Source: an uncultured Verrucomicrobiae bacterium
GTDB taxonomy: Bacteria; Verrucomicrobiota; Verrucomicrobiia; Chthoniobacterales; UBA10450
Assembly: GCA_963735805.1 (NCBI GenBank)
Contig: CAVTMK010000002.1
Coordinates: forward strand, 448,001 to 512,000
Direction: 5' to 3'
Length of the DNA: 64,000 nucleotides
Shown: positions 20,459 through 30,327 of the stretch, one piece after another
Position numbering within the stretch: position 1 is the stretch's first letter
Layout: the number at the start of each line of letters is the position of its first letter
Notes under the pieces: generated by a model
Seen by the model: the letters and a program-made list of their open reading frames with translations, nothing else
Databases searched by the model: none
Told to the model about the DNA's origin: nothing
Position numbers and translations under genes: made by a program

Positions 20459-21355
20459 ATGCCCGCAAAGAAAAACGAGCCTCCAGCGATCGGGATTATC
20501 GGCGGCAGTGGCCTGTATCAAATAGAAGAATTGCGCGACACGAACGAACACAGCGTCGACACGCCATTTGGACCACCCTCAGACACAGTTGTTGGCGGAA
20601 GGATTAGCGGACGCCAGGTCTATTTCCTGCCGCGTCACGGCCGCGGTCACCGGATCTTGCCGCACGAAATCAATCACCGGGCCAACATCTACGCCCTGCG
20701 CTCGTTAAACGTTCGCTGGATCATTTCAGTGGCAGCAGTGGGTAGCCTTCAGGAAAAATATGCGCCGCGAGATGTACTGTTTCCCTCGCAGTTTTACGAT
20801 CGCACCAGCCGCCGCGACACTCATACATTCTTCGGGGCGGGCATTGCCGCGCACATCTCATTTGCGGAGCCGATCAGTACAAAACTGCGAAATTTTCTTG
20901 CCGACTCAGCGAGATCCCTCGGTGTTACGGTGCATAACGGCGGCACCTACGTGAATATGGATGGCCCCGCGTTTTCCACTCGCGCGGAATCGGAATTCAA
21001 TCATCGCAACGGCTTCGACGTGATCGCCATGACGAATTTGCCCGAGGCGAAACTGGCGCGCGAAGCGGAGATCGCATTCGCGACGATGGCAATGATCACG
21101 GACTACGATTGCTGGAAAGTGGAGGAAGAACCGGTCTCGGCAGAAATCGTACTCAGCCATCTAACGGCGAATGCCGAAACGGCGAGAAAAATAATTGTGG
21201 ATGTAATTCCACAAATCCCAAAAGAGCCGGATTGGCCGGAACATTTCGCCCTGAATACCGCGCTGATCACGAACAGTAAGCTTTGGCCCCAAATAACCAT
21301 CGAAAAGCTCAAACCGATCCTGGAAAGATTTTTAGTCGATGGAAATCCTCCTTAG
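20459..21355 (+). CDS. mtnP: S-methyl-5'-thioadenosine phosphorylase
   Basis: IGIIGGSGLY, RHGRGH, GPAFSTRAES, MTNLPEAKLAREAEI, TDYDCW. Confidence 0.93.
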   Translation: MPAKKNEPPAIGIIGGSGLYQIEELRDTNEHSVDTPFGPPSDTVVGGRISGRQVYFLPRHGRGHRILPHEINHRANIYALRSLNVRWIISVAAVGSLQEKYAPRDVLFPSQFYDRTSRRDTHTFFGAGIAAHISFAEPISTKLRNFLADSARSLGVTVHNGGTYVNMDGPAFSTRAESEFNHRNGFDVIAMTNLPEAKLAREAEIAFATMAMITDYDCWKVEEEPVSAEIVLSHLTANAETARKIIVDVIPQIPKEPDWPEHFALNTALITNSKLWPQITIEKLKPILERFLVDGNPP

Positions 21356-22067
21356 AGGCGTCGTTTGATCGCATCGCACAGCGCTTCGATTTGGGCTTCT
21401 TCGTGTGCCGCGGTCATGGTAATCTCCAATCGCGCGGTATCTTTGGCCACTGTTGGATAGCGAATTGCTGGAACCAGAAATCCATCGCTTTGCAGCGTGG
21501 CAGCAAGGTTGAGTGCAGCTTGCTCCCCGCCCACGATCCAGGGAAAAATTGCGATGCAGGGAGCAACGTGTTTTTTGTTTGATTCGGTGTGCGGCAGAAG
21601 TTGCTGCATCAATCTGAGTCTTTCCCAAAGTAAAAGTCTCCGCTTTTCTCCTCTTAGTGACGCAAGAAAATTAACTGCGGCGGCGCCGGCTGCCACGATT
21701 GCCGGTGCAGGCGCAGTGGAATAAATGAATGAACGAGCGCGATTGATCAGCCATTCGATCAGTGTGTGCGAACCACAAACGTAGCCTCCGCTTGCTCCGA
21801 GTGCTTTGCTCAGCGTTCCCATCTGGACATCGACTTCCTCGCTTACGTTTTCCGCCCCAGCGAGACCGCGGCCGTTGAGACCAAGCACGCCAATCGCATG
21901 TGCTTCATGGAGCATTAGGAGCGCACGTTTGACGAAAAGTTAACGAAATGGCGATTGGCGATTACAACTTCAGGCCCCTGTGCGCTACTGATTTCACGAA
22001 GATGTCGATCCAACGCACGCTTACGCAGTGCCTCCAATTCTTCTGCAAGAAGTCCCGCATCGCACAC
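21352..22067 (-). pseudogene. bioF: 8-amino-7-oxononanoate synthase pseudogene (internal deletion plus frameshift)
   Basis: 5' part reads (M)CDAGLLAEELEALRKRALDRHLREISSAQGPEVVIANRHFVNFSSN from GTG 22067 and stops at 21917-21915. The 3' part, in another frame, reads ALLMLHEAHAIG...GTLSKALGASGG...AIRYPTV. Confidence 0.88.
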
Positions 22068-22104
22068 GATTGAATTGCGACGCGAATCAATTGAGAATCA
22101 CGAA

Positions 22105-22509
22105 ATGAAGACGCGCTGCTTTGATCATATTGACTTACGAGTGAAAAACTTGGACGCGGCAGGCAAGTTCTATGCAAAATTTTTGCCGCAGCTTGGATTT
22201 GTTAAGGAAAAACCAGGCAAAAAATATCATATATTTTATTCCGCCGGCGGCGACAAGCCGTCAGAATTTTTTGGTTTGGACCAAGATAAGAATCATAAGC
22301 CAAATCGCACCCGAATCGCTTTCTGGGCAGATACGAGGAAAGAAGTGGATCGGCTTGCGAAGTTGGTGCGCAAGGCAGGCGGCAAAGCGCTTGAAGGTCC
22401 GGAAATCTGCAAGGAGTACAGTGCCGGCTATTATGCATTTTTCTTCGAGGATCCCGAGGGCAACAAGCTGGAAATTTGCTGCCGAGAGCGTCCAATCATT
22501 GCGAAATGA
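22105..22509 (+). CDS. VOC/glyoxalase family protein
   Basis: FDHIDLRV, IAFWA, FFEDPEGNKLEI. Confidence 0.9.
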   Translation: MKTRCFDHIDLRVKNLDAAGKFYAKFLPQLGFVKEKPGKKYHIFYSAGGDKPSEFFGLDQDKNHKPNRTRIAFWADTRKEVDRLAKLVRKAGGKALEGPEICKEYSAGYYAFFFEDPEGNKLEICCRERPIIAK

Positions 22510-22534
22510 TACAGTTTCGGCGAAGAGGTGAATA

Positions 22535-23071
22535 GTGAACAAACCGGCGCATGAGCCCGCAATTTTGCAGGGCACGCGTCGTGTCCGCTATCTCAGGCTG
22601 ATAGCGATTTTCAAGATCGCCAAGGGCGTCCTTGTTCTGGTTCTCGGCGTTTCGCTCCTTTTTCTTAACGCTCGGACCGGCTGGATGGATGGGCTGTCGA
22701 ATTGGATTGCCGACGAAATCCTGCTGAAACATAGCAGGCCTATCGCCTTTTTGCTCCACAAACTGCAAGTGGCAATCGTAGGCGGGACGTTGCGAGCCAC
22801 AGCATTTCTGGCGCTGTTTTATGCGGTGATCCTTTTAACTGAAGGGATTGGCGTTTACATGCAGCAACGCTGGGCGGAATTTCTAATGATTTTCGCAACG
22901 GCGACCCTGATTCCAATAGAAATTCGTCATGTCTGGCATCATCCGGATTTAATCGGCGTGCTCATTCTGCTGGCGAACTGCTTCATTGTCTGGTTCCTGT
23001 ATAGCGTGCTTAAGCGCGACAGGGCGACCGAGCACGTCTCGCGGACGCGTGAACTAGCGGAGACGCGTTAG
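22535..23071 (+). CDS. DUF2127-like membrane protein
   Basis: LRLIAIFKIAKG, EGIGVYMQQRWAE, LIPIEI. Confidence 0.8.
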   Translation: MNKPAHEPAILQGTRRVRYLRLIAIFKIAKGVLVLVLGVSLLFLNARTGWMDGLSNWIADEILLKHSRPIAFLLHKLQVAIVGGTLRATAFLALFYAVILLTEGIGVYMQQRWAEFLMIFATATLIPIEIRHVWHHPDLIGVLILLANCFIVWFLYSVLKRDRATEHVSRTRELAETR

Positions 23072-23154
23072 AGATCCGTTAATAAGCGCGGACACGCTCG
23101 AAGTCAGCGCGAGCAGCGATTTAGTTTTTGCGCCACTTACCGACCCTTGTGGCA

Positions 23155-23415
23155 ATGAAGACTCCGAAAATAGACGATAGCCTGAAACTACTGGCGGACT
23201 TCGGGGAAACCGACGCAATCTGCGTGGAGGTCCTCAAAAATCCGGCTACTGAAGAGGGCGTTTTACTTAAGGTCATGACGCGCGGCCCGTTCGAGCAAGG
23301 TCAGCAGGTCTGGATAGTCGATTGCAATGGCTCGAAAATTGGCGCAACAGTCGAAAACGTTCTTGAGCAAACTATCGACAGTGAAGTGACGCTCTCAACA
23401 GTCTTACCAGCATAG
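23155..23415 (+). CDS. Small hypothetical protein
   Basis: 86-aa ORF with globular beta-rich composition, co-oriented with its neighbours. Confidence 0.6.
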   Translation: MKTPKIDDSLKLLADFGETDAICVEVLKNPATEEGVLLKVMTRGPFEQGQQVWIVDCNGSKIGATVENVLEQTIDSEVTLSTVLPA

Positions 23416-23601
23416 CTATAGGCGTGGTCGCGGCCCCGGGGATCGGATCGGCGTCGTTGTGACCTCATAAAGGTGGGTCGTCGGCGCGCAGAAATTGCTC
23501 AGAAAGCTTCATTGACTGATCGTCGATCTAGGCTCCGCGCGCATGTAAGTTCGCTACCGCGGGCAGCCACTTGCACATCGCGTTCCGTTCCTATTAGAAG
23601 A

Positions 23602-24435
23602 ATGAAAAGGGAGGAGTTTGACCGTAGTTTCCCGTTCCTGCGGGTCAATGAGCGGGAAGGTAAACCGCGGAAGCGCGGCTTAACCGAGATCCGTGGGCCC
23701 TATTACTCGGTGGTGGGTTCGCGTTACCTCGAGGATCTTTTTGAAACCATGGGTCGCTATGTCGATTCGCTGAAGTTTGCGGGCGGCTCGTTCACGCTGA
23801 TGCCAGAACGAGCAGTGCGGGACATTATCAACCTTTGCCACAAACATAACGTACTCGTGTCCACTGGCGGCTTCATTGAACACGTTCTCGTGCAAGGCAA
23901 TGATGCCGTCCAACAATATGTCGGCGAATGCAGGAAGCTCGGATTCGATATTATCGAGATCTCAGCTGGGTTCATTTCAATTCCAACGGATGATTGGCTT
24001 CGGCTGATTGAATTGGTTCGTAAATCAGGATTGAAAGCAAAACCGGAAGTTGGAATCCAATTCGGGGCCGGCGGCGCGACGACGGCAAGCGAACTAAAGG
24101 CTGAAGGCACGCGCGACCCAAACTGGGCGATCGCGCAGGCAAAGCGATTTCTCGACGCGGGTGCCGAGATTATTATGATCGAAAGCGAAGGCATTACTGA
24201 AAATGTTGAACCATGGCGCACAGATGTCCCGGCGAAATTCGTCAGTGACCTCGGGATGGAAAAACTTATGTTTGAGGCCGCCGATCCCGATGTGTTTGCG
24301 TGGTACATAAAGAATTATGGCGTAGACGTGAATCTGTTTATCGATCACAGCCAGATCGTGCAATTGGAATGCCTTCGAGCCGGTATCTGGGGAACGAAGA
24401 GTCTTTGGGGCCGCGTGGTGACGTACAAAGAATGA
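23602..24435 (+). CDS. comA: Phosphosulfolactate synthase family (ComA/HSA32-like)
   Basis: KPRKRGLTEIRGPYY, LKFAGGS, IEISAG, KPEVG, IMIESEG, LMFEA, LECLR. Confidence 0.88.
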   Translation: MKREEFDRSFPFLRVNEREGKPRKRGLTEIRGPYYSVVGSRYLEDLFETMGRYVDSLKFAGGSFTLMPERAVRDIINLCHKHNVLVSTGGFIEHVLVQGNDAVQQYVGECRKLGFDIIEISAGFISIPTDDWLRLIELVRKSGLKAKPEVGIQFGAGGATTASELKAEGTRDPNWAIAQAKRFLDAGAEIIMIESEGITENVEPWRTDVPAKFVSDLGMEKLMFEAADPDVFAWYIKNYGVDVNLFIDHSQIVQLECLRAGIWGTKSLWGRVVTYKE

Positions 24436-24469
24436 CTAACAAAGTCCGAATGGGTCATTCAGACGTTCG

Positions 24470-25114
24470 TCATTTGCGTGTGAGGTGACGCGAAAACCAT
24501 TCGCTCGCGAGTTCTGAGACTTTTTCCAGCGCTCCGGCTTCTTCAAAAAGGTGTGTCGCGCCGGGAATAATCTCCAGCTTTACTTCGCAGCACATTTTAT
24601 CACGCGCCTGCTCGTTTAGTTCGATGACGATGTCATCGTTGCCGCCGACGATGAGCAGCGTCGGTGCCTGTACTTTTGGCAAAGTTTCGCCCGCCAAATC
24701 GGGGCGCCCGCCGCGGGAAACGACCGCGCCTACATCCTGTGGATTGTCTGCCGCTGCCACGAGCGCGGCTGTGCCGCCAGTGCTCGAGCCGAAATAGCCA
24801 ATCCGTAAATCGCGTAGTTCTAGTTGCTGCCTCGCCCACTTTGTCGCGTAAACAAGACGTTCTGCCAATAAATGGATATTGAACCGAAGCTCGCGAGTCT
24901 CTGTGTCGATCGCTTCTTCCTCCTGCGTCAACAAGTCAAGAAGAAGGGTCCCGAGTCCAGCGTCGTTAAGCCTGCGCGCGACGAATTGATTTCGTCGACT
25001 GTGCCGGCTACTGCCGCTGCCGTGAGCAAAAACCACGAGGGCGCTCGCGTCATTGGGAAGATGCAAATTTCCCAGGAGACCTGACCGCCCGGTCTGGATT
25101 TGCACCTCAATCAT
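24470..25114 (-). CDS. Dienelactone hydrolase-like alpha/beta hydrolase
   Basis: FAHGSGSSRHS, GYFGSSTG nucleophile elbow, SRGGRPDL, GATHLFEE. Confidence 0.88.
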   Translation of the reverse strand: MIEVQIQTGRSGLLGNLHLPNDASALVVFAHGSGSSRHSRRNQFVARRLNDAGLGTLLLDLLTQEEEAIDTETRELRFNIHLLAERLVYATKWARQQLELRDLRIGYFGSSTGGTAALVAAADNPQDVGAVVSRGGRPDLAGETLPKVQAPTLLIVGGNDDIVIELNEQARDKMCCEVKLEIIPGATHLFEEAGALEKVSELASEWFSRHLTRK

Positions 25115-25766
25115 CTCTTTTGTCCTCCGCGGCGCGGGCAAGGAGTTCCCGCACGTCTTCATCGGTTGTCTGCGAGAAATCGTCGTAATACTGGCCGACG
25201 GCCTGAAAGAATTCAGGAGTGCTCAGGCAAAGCGTTTCATCGGCTTGTTCTTCGATCTCGTGGCAGGTATCCGGCGGACCTACCGGCACTGCCACGACAA
25301 TTTTTGCGGCGCCGCACTGTCGCAGCGCCTTCACCGCGGCGCGCATTGTCGCGCCCGTGGCCAGGCCGTCATCCACCAAAATGGCAATCCGATCGCGCAA
25401 TCGGGGTGCTGGGCGTCCCTCGCGATAAATTTGCTCGCGGCGTTGCAGTTCTGCTGTTTCTCTCGCGGTTAGCGCCTCGATTGCCCGGTCTGCATGCGGG
25501 ATTGAGCGCATAACAGCTTCATTCAAAACACGCACGCCGCCCGAAGCGATTGCACCGGCAGCCAGTTCCTCAAAACCGGGAACACCGAGTTTGCGCACGA
25601 TGAAAACGTCGAGCGGAGCATGAAGACGCTTTGCTACTTCGTTGGCAACAGGCACCCCACCCCGGGGCAAACCGAGCACGATCACGTCGTCGCGACCGGT
25701 ATATTTGTCCAGTTTCTCGGCAAGTTGCCGCCCCGCCTCGATTCGGTTTGGAAAAGTTCGTTCCAT
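25107..25766 (-). CDS. Phosphoribosyltransferase family protein
   Basis: LGLPRGGVPVA, VRKLG, ILVDDGLATGATM PRPP-binding loop. Confidence 0.92.
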   Translation of the reverse strand: MERTFPNRIEAGRQLAEKLDKYTGRDDVIVLGLPRGGVPVANEVAKRLHAPLDVFIVRKLGVPGFEELAAGAIASGGVRVLNEAVMRSIPHADRAIEALTARETAELQRREQIYREGRPAPRLRDRIAILVDDGLATGATMRAAVKALRQCGAAKIVVAVPVGPPDTCHEIEEQADETLCLSTPEFFQAVGQYYDDFSQTTDEDVRELLARAAEDKRDD

Positions 25767-26038
25767 GCGGCTAATAGCGCCGCTTTATGTTGTCGAAGCG
25801 ACCGCGGGAAAGAAAAGACTGCATATCGTTAGCGAACGTATGGTCCGTTCGTCTATTTTCTGTATCGTTGATTGAATCATTTCAAGACCTTGCTCACTCA
25901 TAAGGCATCGATCCTTTCCTTTTGCGGATTTCCGCGCCGAACACAAAGGAAACCTTTCTCTCCAGATTTCGCTTCTGCGCCTGGTGGCGCGCGTGCTACG
26001 CAACGAGTCTGACTACCACGCTTGCTAGACTTTCAGCT

Positions 26039-29000
26039 TCAGCTGGCAGGATTGCGATTAGGCCAGGGCGGAGGCGGCGGAAGGTCGTAGCGTTTCGTCT
26101 TTAGTTCGTCCTGGATCTCCTGGATCGCGCGGTCGAGTTGCTGGTCTTCGCCTTTGAATTCCTTCCCGGGATCGTTATCGACTACGATGTCGGGCTCAAC
26201 GCCGCGCCCTTCGACGATCCATTGTTTACCGTCTATTGAATAGGGAGCGAATTCGGGTTTAAAAAATTGCCCGCCATCCACGAGCGGCAGCGACTCACGA
26301 ATACCAATCACGCCGCCCCATGTGCGTTTGCCGATCAGTTTGCCGAGCCCCAACGTTTTAAAACGATAGGGAAAAATATCGCCATCGGATGCGGAGAATT
26401 CGTTAGTTAACGTGACCATCGGCCCCGTGAAAGTCTGCGGCGGATCCGTCTGGGGCATGCTGTTGCGTGCCATGCCCACCATTACAAGAGCGCGCCGTAA
26501 TCGCTCGATCACCAAAGGCGAGACAAAGCCGCCGCCGTTGCCCCGAACATCAACAATGAGCGCATGTTTACGGATTTGAGGGAAGTAGAGCTTTGTGAAC
26601 TCGTTCAAGCCGGGCTGGCCCATATCTGGAATGTGTAGGTAACCGACTTCGCCGCCGGTTTTCTTGTTCACGTAATCGATGTTCTTTTGCACCCAATCGA
26701 GGTAATAAAGCGGCGCTTCGTCATCGATCGGAACAACCGTCACGTCGCGCGCGCCGTCGTCCGTCGGCTTGGAGTTTACGCGCAGAGTCACTTGTTTGTC
26801 CGCGGTCCCGATAAGCGCGTCGTAAAGATTCGGCAACGTGGACACGGGCGTGTTGTTGATCGCGAGAATGTAATCGTCGGGTTTCACATTCACGCCGATC
26901 TCTGTGAGTGGCGAGCGCGTTTTCTTGTCCCAATTTTCGCCCGGCAAAATCCGTTCAATTCGATAGGCACGTGTGGCCGGATCGCGCGAAACTTCCGCGC
27001 CGAGGAGGCCCAGCTTAATCCGCGGCGTGTCGGGGCGCTCACCAGCGGCGACGTACGTATGGCCGTTGTTCAACTCGCCAATGAGTTCGCCTAACAGATA
27101 GGTGAGATCGTTGCGGTGATTCACGAATGGCACCAGCGCAGCGTATTTGTCTCGAACCGCTTTCCAGTCGATGCCGTTCATCGTGGGCGAAAAGAAGAAA
27201 TCGCGCATTTGCCGCCAGCATTCGAAGTAGATTTGATTCCACTCGGCATGCCGATCTAAGTGCATGTCGAGCCCTGCAATCTTGTGCTCGTGATCTTTAG
27301 TGTCGAGCTTGTCCCTTGGCACATCGATGATGGCGTAATCCTTTTTTATCTTCACCAGCATCTTTTTGCCGTCGAACGTGATCTGGTAATTGTTCGCGTC
27401 GCCCAGGACGGTCTCCTTGCGATCGTCCAGGTTGTAAACGCAAAGGTGCGATTTCCTGTCTCTCTCGGGAAATCCTTCGTTGTCATCTTCACCGACTTCA
27501 TCGGCCGCTGTTCGGCGCAGATAAAAGATCCGCCCGTCATCCAGCATTCGGATGTTGCGATAATTTCCCGGCGTAACTTCCAAGCCAAGAATCCGATTCT
27601 GGATTCCATCGGTGTCTACTTTGACGACGACGGGCTTCCTTGGCTTTTCTTCCGGTTTTTTTCCGGTGGCTTTTTCTTCCGCCTTCTTCTCTTCGGCTTC
27701 CTTTACTTTTTCTTTTTGTCGTTTTTCTTCAGCTTTGCCGACTTCATCGCTCTTCGGAGCGAGCGGGTTTGCGGTTTCTTTAGAAAGGGTGACGAGATAC
27801 ACGCGCTGCATGTCTCGATAAACGTTTGCAAATTCTTCGTCGCCAAAGGTTGGCTTGAAATCGCGCGCAGAGCTCAGCAACAGATATTTTCCGTTGTCGC
27901 TGAAGACTGCTTCTCCGGAACCGTACCAGCTATCAGTGACAGCGGTCTGCTGTTTATTTGCGAGTGAATACAGATAAACGCGCGACATGCCATTTTCCTC
28001 CGGGCGCGCCCAGGTGACCCACTGACTATCCGGCGACCAGTTGTAACCTTCGATCTCGCCGTACTTGTCCTGATCGACCTGCGTCACTGCTTTGCTGGCC
28101 ACATCGACATACCGCAGTCGCTGCAACCGATCGCTCCAGAGCAGTTTCTTGCTGTCGGGTGACCACTTTGGCGCATAGTAATAGGTGTCGGCGCTACTTG
28201 TAATCTGCTGCGGTTCGCCTTTGCCGTCCTGGGAGCGAACGTAAAGTTCGTTTTCTCCGGAGACATCCGAGTTATAGGCAATCCATTTTCCATCCGGCGA
28301 CCACACCGCGTCACGCTCGTGAGCGCCTGAAGTCTTGCTTAAGTTGCGCGGCGTTCCATTCTTTGCGGGCACAGAAAAAAGATCGCCGCGCGCGATCACG
28401 ATGGTACGTTCGCCGTCCGGCGCGAGGTTTACCGATTCGATGTGCTTGGATGCGTCAACCAGCCCCCCGCGACCGCTGTCGAAATCCTCTTTGACCTGGA
28501 TGGGGACCGGTGTTGCCTGACCGCTGGCGAGATCGTAACGCCAGATGTATCCTGCTTGCTCGAACACGATCGCGTCTTTGCCGATCGATGGAAACTTGAT
28601 GTCGTAGTCTGTGAAGTGCGTGAGTTGTTTGGTCTCCTTCGTTGCAAGATCGGTGACGAACAAATTCATGCGGTTGTCGCGATCGGAGGTGAAATAGATC
28701 TTATTATCCGGCCCCCACATCGGGCAGATGTCCTGCGCGGGATTGTTCGTCAGATTTTCGGTCGTGCCGGTTTTAAAGTCGTAAATCCAAATGTCGTCCG
28801 CCATTCCACCACGATAATGTTTCCAGGTACGGAACTCGCGGAAAACACGGTTGTAAGCCATCTTGGAATCATCCGGTGAAAATGAAACGAAACCGCCGCG
28901 CGGGACAGGCAACTGCTGCGACAATTCGGCATCCAGTCCGACGGTAAACAATGCGCCGATGAAGTCGTTGAACGACTTCATACGCGACCGGAAAACAACC

Positions 29001-29422
29001 AGCGGTTTGGTATTTTCCCATGCCATCACGAGGTTGTTCGGTCCCATGCGATCGGAAATGTCGTCTCGACCGAGTGTGGCTGATGTCGTCAGGCGTTTCG
29101 GCACTCCTCCCTCGGTGGGCATTACATAAACCTCCGTGTTGCCGTCATATTGCGAAGTGAAGGCGATCTGCTTCCCATCCGGTGAGAAACGCGGGAACGA
29201 GCTGTAACCGGGGCCGCTAGTCAGTCGGCGCGCAATGCCACCATCTTTGGCGACCGTATAGATCTCACCGGCGTAGCAGAAGACGATCTGTGTTCCGTTG
29301 GTCGTCGGGAAACGCAACAGGCGCGACGTATCAGGCAATTCTTGTGCTGGGGCGGCGGTAACCGGAACCAGGCCAACCGCCATCAAACAGAAAAACACAA
29401 AAAAACGAGAGAATATATTCAT
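26039..29422 (-). CDS. Tricorn protease-like S41 peptidase
   Basis: Signal peptide, PD40/beta-propeller repeats, PDZ region, DVRGNGGG, SASDGDIF, GKRTWGG. Confidence 0.95.
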   Translation of the reverse strand: MNIFSRFFVFFCLMAVGLVPVTAAPAQELPDTSRLLRFPTTNGTQIVFCYAGEIYTVAKDGGIARRLTSGPGYSSFPRFSPDGKQIAFTSQYDGNTEVYVMPTEGGVPKRLTTSATLGRDDISDRMGPNNLVMAWENTKPLVVFRSRMKSFNDFIGALFTVGLDAELSQQLPVPRGGFVSFSPDDSKMAYNRVFREFRTWKHYRGGMADDIWIYDFKTGTTENLTNNPAQDICPMWGPDNKIYFTSDRDNRMNLFVTDLATKETKQLTHFTDYDIKFPSIGKDAIVFEQAGYIWRYDLASGQATPVPIQVKEDFDSGRGGLVDASKHIESVNLAPDGERTIVIARGDLFSVPAKNGTPRNLSKTSGAHERDAVWSPDGKWIAYNSDVSGENELYVRSQDGKGEPQQITSSADTYYYAPKWSPDSKKLLWSDRLQRLRYVDVASKAVTQVDQDKYGEIEGYNWSPDSQWVTWARPEENGMSRVYLYSLANKQQTAVTDSWYGSGEAVFSDNGKYLLLSSARDFKPTFGDEEFANVYRDMQRVYLVTLSKETANPLAPKSDEVGKAEEKRQKEKVKEAEEKKAEEKATGKKPEEKPRKPVVVKVDTDGIQNRILGLEVTPGNYRNIRMLDDGRIFYLRRTAADEVGEDDNEGFPERDRKSHLCVYNLDDRKETVLGDANNYQITFDGKKMLVKIKKDYAIIDVPRDKLDTKDHEHKIAGLDMHLDRHAEWNQIYFECWRQMRDFFFSPTMNGIDWKAVRDKYAALVPFVNHRNDLTYLLGELIGELNNGHTYVAAGERPDTPRIKLGLLGAEVSRDPATRAYRIERILPGENWDKKTRSPLTEIGVNVKPDDYILAINNTPVSTLPNLYDALIGTADKQVTLRVNSKPTDDGARDVTVVPIDDEAPLYYLDWVQKNIDYVNKKTGGEVGYLHIPDMGQPGLNEFTKLYFPQIRKHALIVDVRGNGGGFVSPLVIERLRRALVMVGMARNSMPQTDPPQTFTGPMVTLTNEFSASDGDIFPYRFKTLGLGKLIGKRTWGGVIGIRESLPLVDGGQFFKPEFAPYSIDGKQWIVEGRGVEPDIVVDNDPGKEFKGEDQQLDRAIQEIQDELKTKRYDLPPPPPWPNRNPAS

Positions 29423-29861
29423 AGAAAAAGCGATGAAGTGAGCAAGCTGCCGTTGAACGGACGAGATGCAACCATGATTTCTTTGAGGGTTAGATGCCGC
29501 CGGCAGAGTGTCCAGATTCGGCGATTTATACAGTGAAGACGTCGCTAACTATCGATTTTGTCTAAACTCGCTTTAGCAATTGGCAATCTTCCGAAGCGCT
29601 GCCTATTGCGAGCCTGCATTTGGAGACGGACAAGGCGAAGAGAGCGGTGGGCGCACAGGGGCGCGGGCCGCCGTGTTTCAGAAGTCGCTCGCCGGACTGT
29701 GTTGAAGACCGCGACTGGCTAGCGGCCAGTAGGCCCCTGAGGAGGTGGCTCAGGCGCCGGTGCCGGTGTTTCTTTCCTTTGTGCCATTCCAAATCCTTAA
29801 ATGGCTGAGACTGCATAGTCCAGAGATAATTTCCGGGTAAAACGGCACTAGTCCGAACCGG

Positions 29862-29884
29862 CGGAAGGGGTGGGATTCGAACCC
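29862..29884 (-). repeat. att-like direct repeat: duplicated 3' end of tRNA-Ser
   Basis: CGGAAGGGGTGGGATTCGAACCC, identical (23 bp) to 35441-35463. Confidence 0.9.
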
Positions 29885-30327
29885 CCGGCAGACCCGAGGC
29901 CGAAAGACGTTGTTGTTTTCCCTCGTAAAAAGACATCGACGGCATTAAAACCCGTTGACGTTGTTCTTACTTCCTTGGACATGGCGAGCCTGGGAACGCG
30001 ATCAGAAAAAGGTTCTCCTCAATATTCTGTTGAATAAGAGGAATGAAAACTGTGGCCTTTCCCGTGTCAGGCTCTATTTCGACTTCAATGCTATTTGCCC
30101 GGCGGTGGCATGTCGCCGGCTGGCGCGTTGCTCTGGAGCCTGTCAGAAATAGCTGACATTTTCTTCTTGACCGACCGGAATAAACTTTGCCAAGGTCGGC
30201 GCCGTTACAAGCGGATCTGAACCACTCTCAGGCGGAGGACTGTTCCCCGCTAAGCTTCGTCCGTTTCCCGGGACGCGCGATCAACAGAAACGGAAACAAC
30301 CCGCGGAAAAGAAAACAGAAGAACCAT

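Noticed and set aside
29562..29945. 127-aa minus-strand ORF spanning the att site
   Set aside because: Crosses the tRNA fragment and has no recognisable motif; a shorter ORF from 29816 is possible but unsupported
29855..29945. Second intact tRNA
   Set aside because: Only the acceptor/T-arm 3' portion matches; no D or anticodon arms follow
30130..30251. Canonical glycine riboswitch
   Set aside because: Only the 3' CTCTCAGG..AGGAC part matches; the 5' core is missing and the downstream gene is unrelated to glycine
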